Shown here piece by piece: positions 58,801 to 64,000 of a stretch of DNA of 64,000 nucleotides. The notes under the pieces are model-generated. The model saw only the letters and a list, made by a program, of their open reading frames with translations. It did not search any database and was not told the DNA's origin. The first letter of the stretch is position 1. Every line of letters starts with the position of its first letter. The DNA lies in the NCBI GenBank assembly GCA_964642855.1, contig CAZXSK010000010.1, positions 3,711 to 67,710 on the forward strand, written 5' to 3'. Position numbers and translations under genes: made by a program. Origin of the DNA: an uncultured Planctomycetaceae bacterium (GTDB lineage: Bacteria; Planctomycetota; Phycisphaerae; SM23-33).

Positions 58801-60552
58801 TCACCAACCTCGGGCAACAGTACCAGCCGGCTCGCGGTCCGGAGGCACGCCCAGATAGGTTAGCGTTTCCTTCAGCACCTCTCTGACCGCCGGAGCGGCT
58901 ACCGTGCCGCCGTAGTAACCCTTTGAGCGGTCCGGCCAGTAGACCGATACCAGGCAGATCACGGCGGGCTTATCAACCGGCGCCCCGCCCACAAACGAAC
59001 CAACGTAGGCGCCTTCAACATATCCCCCGGGGCCTGCAATCTGTGCCGTACCGGTCTTACCGAAGCTGGTCCACTGATCGAGACGACATCTCTTGCCAGT
59101 GCCCCGCTCAACGACCTGGGCCAGAACTTCTCGGCTGCGACGAGACGTTTGCTCACTGAGAAGGTGCCTGATCGTGCGCGGGTTGTTCCGCCACGCAACC
59201 TGGCCGCTGGGGTCCGTAACATGGCTGACCAAACGAGGCTGCATCAGATACCCGCCATTGCATATCGCGCTGTAGGCCATGGCCAGTTGGATCGACGTCG
59301 TCGAGATCTCCTGCCCGAACGGCACCCGCCGCAGACTGTATCCGTCCCATCGATCGGCTGGCCGGACAATGCCCGGACTCTCGCCCGACAGCCGAACGCC
59401 CGTACGCTCACCAAATGAGTACAGTCGGCAGATGCGATACAACCGGCGGTTGCCGATCATCTCGCCGAGCTTGGCCATCAGGATATTGCTGGAATGCACG
59501 ACGCCATCCTCAACCGTCATGTCGTCGTAGGCCTTGCCGTGATCACTGATTCGTCCTCCGCGATGAGCGCGGTAGACCCCGTGATACTGGCCGATGGGCA
59601 TGACGGTATCGTAGCTGACGATCCCCGCTTCGACAGCGGCAGCCGTTATCAGTGGCTTGAATATGCTGCCCGGTTCGTATGGCGCTGTGACGGCCTTGTT
59701 GGTCCGTGCGTTCGGGTCGGCAGTGCTGTACTCGTTGGGGTTGAAGGCGGGAGCCGAGCACAATGCCAGTACCGCGCCGGTGTACGGGTCAATCACAACC
59801 CCCGCCGCCCAACGGGCACCATACCGGTCGGCAGCACCAGACACCGCTCGCTCGAGGCTCGACTGGATCATCGCATCGATACAGAGATGCACGCTGCCAC
59901 CGTCCCGTGGAGCGACACATTCATCCGCGATAGGCCAGATCGCTCGCCTTCGGGCATCAGCCAGCATCACCCGCTTACCTCCCTGGCAGCGAAGAAATGT
60001 CTCCATTGACAACTCAATGCCGCCGCCAGGCCTTCCGTCTCGCAGGCGGAAACCCACCACCGAAGACGCAAGCCCGTCGTTGGGATACTCACGTCGCCAT
60101 TCGTACTGGATGCCAACCGCCCGATATCCCAGATCGCGAACGGCCTGGGCCTGATCGGACGTGATCTCTCGCTTCAGCCACGCGAACTGCCTGTCGCGAC
60201 GCTGAAGAATTGCCATCTGGATCTCGTAGGGGTCGGCATCGATGGCCTGACCTACCTTCTCACAGGTTTCGGCCAGATCTTTCGTGTCGATCAGAGAAGG
60301 GTCAACGAAGCAGGAAGGCACCTGCCTGCTGCCAGCCAACAGGACCCCCCTGCCCCGCGTGGCCGCGTAGATGCTTCCGATCCGCCCGGGCAGCCGAACC
60401 ACCAGCCGTTCCTGTCGGTCCGCCTTGGCGACCATCTCGGGGCGGTCATCCCGCACGAGCACCGCAAGTCTCAGGCCCAGTCCTGCAAGCGCAATGGCAA
60501 GCAGGCCGAATGTCAGATCGAATCGCCATGTCTTGCGGAAGGTTACCACCAA
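58801..60552 (-). CDS. ftsI: Class B penicillin-binding protein FtsI/PBP3-like
   Basis: N-terminal TM, dimerisation domain, EPGSIFK (SxxK), SSN (SxN), GKTGT (KTG). Confidence 0.9.
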   Translation of the reverse strand: MVVTFRKTWRFDLTFGLLAIALAGLGLRLAVLVRDDRPEMVAKADRQERLVVRLPGRIGSIYAATRGRGVLLAGSRQVPSCFVDPSLIDTKDLAETCEKVGQAIDADPYEIQMAILQRRDRQFAWLKREITSDQAQAVRDLGYRAVGIQYEWRREYPNDGLASSVVGFRLRDGRPGGGIELSMETFLRCQGGKRVMLADARRRAIWPIADECVAPRDGGSVHLCIDAMIQSSLERAVSGAADRYGARWAAGVVIDPYTGAVLALCSAPAFNPNEYSTADPNARTNKAVTAPYEPGSIFKPLITAAAVEAGIVSYDTVMPIGQYHGVYRAHRGGRISDHGKAYDDMTVEDGVVHSSNILMAKLGEMIGNRRLYRICRLYSFGERTGVRLSGESPGIVRPADRWDGYSLRRVPFGQEISTTSIQLAMAYSAICNGGYLMQPRLVSHVTDPSGQVAWRNNPRTIRHLLSEQTSRRSREVLAQVVERGTGKRCRLDQWTSFGKTGTAQIAGPGGYVEGAYVGSFVGGAPVDKPAVICLVSVYWPDRSKGYYGGTVAAPAVREVLKETLTYLGVPPDREPAGTVARGW

Positions 60553-60601
60553 AGGCTCCCAGGCATCAGGTCCGGTCCGAGGTCACTCATGTCGCGACCA
60601 G

Positions 60602-60901
60602 CTAGTCGTTTTCTGCGTAAACGGATGCCAACTCACCCTCGACGGGTATCTCGTCGGTTAGGTCCAGCGCCATACTCTGGGCCCGCTCCATGACGGCATC
60701 GGGCGACGTCACATAACCGAGGCGTACGTGTCGGTCGGCCAGTTCGCGACGCAATGCAACCCGCTCCAATTGGAGGCGTTGAGTCTCATGGCGCATCGCC
60801 ATGTCACGACGCACCAAGTGCACCTTTGCCACCTGAACCCCGACGACCAGCAGGATCGCGGCGACGGCCGATACGAATATGGTGTGAAAACTCGGGCGCA
60901 T
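60602..60901 (-). CDS. ftsL: FtsL-like cell division protein
   Basis: Short bitopic protein with leucine coiled coil and ..TSP..V.ERA..M.L; immediately upstream of ftsI. Confidence 0.65.
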   Translation of the reverse strand: MRPSFHTIFVSAVAAILLVVGVQVAKVHLVRRDMAMRHETQRLQLERVALRRELADRHVRLGYVTSPDAVMERAQSMALDLTDEIPVEGELASVYAEND

Positions 60902-60938
60902 CGTTCTCTCCGTAGAATCGAGGGAATGCGTCAGTGGC

Positions 60939-61388
60939 TCAGGGAATCACCAGCCTCACACCCACGGGCACTACGCCGGGGTCACTGATTACATCCCGAT
61001 TTGCGCGGAAGATGTCCAGGTACCGACCGCCCTGATCGGGCCCGTAGTGACGACGGGCAATTGCGATCAACGTGTCACCGTCGCGGGTCAAGTAGGTTCG
61101 TCGACGAGGCTGACTTGGCTGTCGGTGGGTTGTCGATTCGGATCGCTCGTCACGGCGCCGAGTGGTTCTCTCAACGGAGGCACGTTCAGCCGCCCGGCGT
61201 GCCCTCTCGTACGAACCGGCCAGCACAGGCTGCGGCTCAGGCTGGTCCTGCAGATCGGCTGCACCACGCAGCGAAGCAGCCATCTCTCGTGGCACACCGG
61301 CCTCATTGGTCAGCTCCCCGAGCACCAACCCAAAAGCGAAGATGAAGACCAATCCGATCAGTAGTCCAACTCTCGTCTCTCGCGTCAT
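60939..61388 (-). CDS. Membrane-anchored LysM peptidoglycan-binding protein
   Basis: MTRETRVGLLIG TM anchor; YLTRDGDTL..IAR.HYG..Y..IF.AN...V.VG..L.IP. Confidence 0.85.
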   Translation of the reverse strand: MTRETRVGLLIGLVFIFAFGLVLGELTNEAGVPREMAASLRGAADLQDQPEPQPVLAGSYERARRAAERASVERTTRRRDERSESTTHRQPSQPRRRTYLTRDGDTLIAIARRHYGPDQGGRYLDIFRANRDVISDPGVVPVGVRLVIP

Positions 61389-61426
61389 CGTGCACTCCCT
61401 TGCTGCTGTGTTGGCTTCCTTGCCAG

Positions 61427-62335
61427 TCAGGCGATTCGTTCGATGGCCCGCAACCTGGCCGACCGGCTGCGCGGGTTGTTTGCAGTCTCTTCGTCGGTGG
61501 CGGTCACTGGCTTTTTCGTCAGCCGCCGCATCACGCCCTGCACCTCCCACTCGATGAAAGCCCGTTTGACGGGGCGATCTTCGAGTGAGTGGAAGCTGAT
61601 GATCGCCGCCCTGCCACCGACAGCCAGCCCGTTCCGAAGGGTCGCCAGCAGCTTGTCGAGGCTGTCGAGTTCCTCGTTGACCGCGATCCGAAGCGCCTGA
61701 AAGGTTCGTGTTGCCGGATGCACGCCTCGCCTTGACCGCCGAGCCCGTACCGGCACAGCCGACGCGACGATCTCAGCCAGCTGCAATGTGCGGTCGATCC
61801 GTCCGCGCTTCCGTGCGTGGACGATCGCCCGCGCTATCCGCCGACTGAAGCGATCTTCGCCCCATCGGTAGATCAGGTCGGCGAGTTCCTTCTCGCCAAG
61901 GTCGTTGACAAAGTCGGCCGCGGTGCGGCTTCGCCGTTCGTCGAGTCTCATATCCAGAGGCCCGTCCGCCTGGAAGCTCAGACCCCGCCGAGGATCATCC
62001 AGTTGCGTGGAGGCGATGCCCAGGTCCGCGAGGATCGCATCGACCCGGGCAACGCCCACCTGCCGCAACACCTCAGCCAACTCCGAGAAGTTCGCCTGAA
62101 ACAACCGAACACGGTCGCCGAACCTCTTGAGGCGCTCCTTCGCCTTCCGGAGGTTCGCTTCGTCGACATCCATGCCGACAAGCCTTGCCGAAGTCCCAGC
62201 CTTCTCGAGCATCGCCTCTGCGTGTCCTGCCAGCCCGATAGTGCAGTCCACCAGCACCGACCGGCCGGTCAGGTCAAGCTGCTCAAGCACTTCCCGGCAT
62301 AGAACCGGAATGTGCCCCGCGTGGCGACCGGTCAA
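61427..62335 (-). CDS. rsmH: 16S rRNA C1402 methyltransferase RsmH (MraW)
   Basis: HIPVL, VDCT.G.AGH, DLG..S.QLD..RG.SF..GPLDMR, HPATRTFQALRIAVN.EL, ISFHSLEDR, NPRSRSA.LR. Confidence 0.97.
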   Translation of the reverse strand: MTGRHAGHIPVLCREVLEQLDLTGRSVLVDCTIGLAGHAEAMLEKAGTSARLVGMDVDEANLRKAKERLKRFGDRVRLFQANFSELAEVLRQVGVARVDAILADLGIASTQLDDPRRGLSFQADGPLDMRLDERRSRTAADFVNDLGEKELADLIYRWGEDRFSRRIARAIVHARKRGRIDRTLQLAEIVASAVPVRARRSRRGVHPATRTFQALRIAVNEELDSLDKLLATLRNGLAVGGRAAIISFHSLEDRPVKRAFIEWEVQGVMRRLTKKPVTATDEETANNPRSRSARLRAIERIA

Positions 62336-62347
62336 GAGTTCCGTCTC

Positions 62348-62590
62348 CTAGGTCGCCGCAACACTGGAGCCCAAGGCCGCCCTGACGCGGGCAGAAAAGT
62401 CGATCGAGGCGTAGCCATCCCCCAGGGCCTGAACCCGGACCAGCCTTTCAGCCAGCTCCGACAGGCGCCGACGAGACCCGTCGTCCAGCCTCGACGGGTC
62501 GTTCAGCCGGTCCCGGAGTTCCGCGAGGGACACCCGGCGACGTCCTTGCCGCCCGTTCCGCTCGCCCTGGACTTGCTGAGGGATTGGCAT
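62348..62590 (-). CDS. Small hypothetical protein (80 aa) between mraZ and rsmH
   Basis: GAAAGGA RBS; stop 12 nt before the rsmH start. Confidence 0.55.
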   Translation of the reverse strand: MPIPQQVQGERNGRQGRRRVSLAELRDRLNDPSRLDDGSRRRLSELAERLVRVQALGDGYASIDFSARVRAALGSSVAAT

Positions 62591-62712
62591 TGCGAATCCT
62601 TTCTCGCCCCGATCTCTTTCTCTCTTGCGCCACCTGCCCAGCGTTCCTTCGCCAAGCACCGTAGCGACCACTTCTCTGTCTTGGTTCATCTGCCGGGTGC
62701 GGGCATCCATGC

Positions 62713-63186
62713 CTACAGCCCGGGCTCCCCGCCAGCCGCATCGAGGCGATCCGCCGCCTCGGCCAACATCTCTCCGTAGGCCGGCAAGGCCGATTCCATC
62801 TGCCCCTCCCACTCGGAAGTGGGCCAGATCTCGATATGATCGTAGTTGCCCACCAAGGTGACCTTCTTGTCGACAATGGCTCGCTGCATGGACTTCTCCG
62901 GAACGACGATGCGCCCCTGGGCGTCAGTCTTGACGATCCTAGCCATCGCGAACAGCATGTTGATTCCCGCGGCCTGCTTCTTCGGAAGAGGCGATCTTTT
63001 CAGGGTCGCCACCAGCTTGCGGTAGTACCGATCCGGATACAGCCAGAGATGACGGTCCGGTCCGAGCACAAGGTAGAAGTTCTCCCCGTCCTCGTCCGGA
63101 TCCATCCCATCGCGAAGGGCCGACGCAATCGCCAGACGCTTCTTGGCATCGATGGACTGCTCGAACTCTCCGACAAACAGCGGCAT
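62713..63186 (-). CDS. mraZ: Division/cell wall cluster transcriptional repressor MraZ
   Basis: F.GEF..SIDAK.RL, D.QGRI..P, LVG..DHIEIW. Confidence 0.93.
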   Translation of the reverse strand: MPLFVGEFEQSIDAKKRLAIASALRDGMDPDEDGENFYLVLGPDRHLWLYPDRYYRKLVATLKRSPLPKKQAAGINMLFAMARIVKTDAQGRIVVPEKSMQRAIVDKKVTLVGNYDHIEIWPTSEWEGQMESALPAYGEMLAEAADRLDAAGGEPGL

Positions 63187-63666
63187 GTTCCGGTCCTTGT
63201 TCTGCCGCGACAGGTCACTCGCCCAAGCCGGTTCTGACCGCCCAACTTGGGCACATCCTGGTCTTAGCCACCATAACCTGGGATATGCAGGGATTATTAG
63301 CTACAAACAGGGACAAGGCAAGCAAAAAAAACGCTCCGCCTGCAAAGTCATCCGGCTGGAAACGCTGCAAGCAAAGCATGTTCTCATATCCACCCAACCG
63401 GTTGGGCCTACATCCAGCAAAGCCCCTAGCAATTGGGGGCCCTGACGGAGAAGTGCTCCCCGGCCTTCCGAGAATTCTGCAGAAACGCCTGTCCACAATC
63501 GATTGTCTTTCGCATTCGCCTTGAAGCCCGCATCGGCCTCTGTCTGTCTTCATCGTCCTGCCCGGGGCAGGTTCATTACCATTCTTAGCACACTGGATCT
63601 GTGAACCAGCCAACACGAGCGATAGAGTTCTGGCGCAAGAAGCCATTGCCCCGAACACCGGAGACT

Positions 63667-64000
63667 ATGATGTTGATCACAACGGCCAGTGGCCTCCACT
63701 TCTTCGATCCCGCGAGGCCTGACGTAGAACCCGTCCAACGCGACGATCAAGCCCCCGCATTTGCGCTGGAAGGGATCGGTCTTACCGTCACAGCAAATCG
63801 CGACGGCGCACTGATTTTTGCGCCGTCTTCTGCACCGGCTACCCCGGCCCCCACGGCCTACTCGCGCACGGTGGACACAGAGATTGACGAACCGATCACG
63901 TCACTGTTGCTGCTACAGGAGGCGCCGCCCAAGCTGCTGGTCGGAACGGAAGGAGCACACCTGTTCCTGATCAACGATGATCACGCCGATCGTATCGACG
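63667..64000 (+). CDS. Hypothetical protein, possibly WD40/BNR-type beta-propeller (partial, runs off window end)
   Basis: Manual translation MMLITTASGLHFFD...ITSLLLL...LLVGTEGAHLF; GGAG RBS; open to the window end. Confidence 0.6.
   Translation, partial: MMLITTASGLHFFDPARPDVEPVQRDDQAPAFALEGIGLTVTANRDGALIFAPSSAPATPAPTAYSRTVDTEIDEPITSLLLLQEAPPKLLVGTEGAHLFLINDDHADRID

Overview
High-GC bacterial chromosomal window, most likely Planctomycetota (class Phycisphaerae-like). The assignment rests on a LEPR-XLL surface protein, a PEP-CTERM protein, a prepilin-type [14 protein letters not shown] gene, and a dcw cluster with a LysM gene but no ftsA/ftsZ. Left part: esterase, ABC-F ATPase, secreted propeller/LamG protein, cheW-MCP with a sigma28-like promoter, ResB/CcsA cytochrome c biogenesis pair, large surface proteins, cspA, hsp20-lon, degP/Q, PTS-EIIA/DUF58. 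Middle: a four-gene signalling operon (degenerate kinase, REC protein, hybrid kinase, diguanylate cyclase) beside a B12-binding-domain gene, then ispF-cysS-ruvCAB, a Tat-lipoprotein rubredoxin, sixA and an apparently autoregulated CreD-like operon. The right third is a minus-strand dcw cluster: mraZ-orf-rsmH-lysM-ftsL-ftsI-murE-murF-mraY-ftsW-nanA/dapA-like-murG-murC-murB-ddl-ftsQ-membrane orf. It lacks murD and ftsA/ftsZ and carries four non-canonical genes. The most striking is a NanA-type lyase with the DapA-type Arg. I saw no rRNA, tRNA, CRISPR array or transposase. All calls come from reading motifs by eye; no database searches were run.
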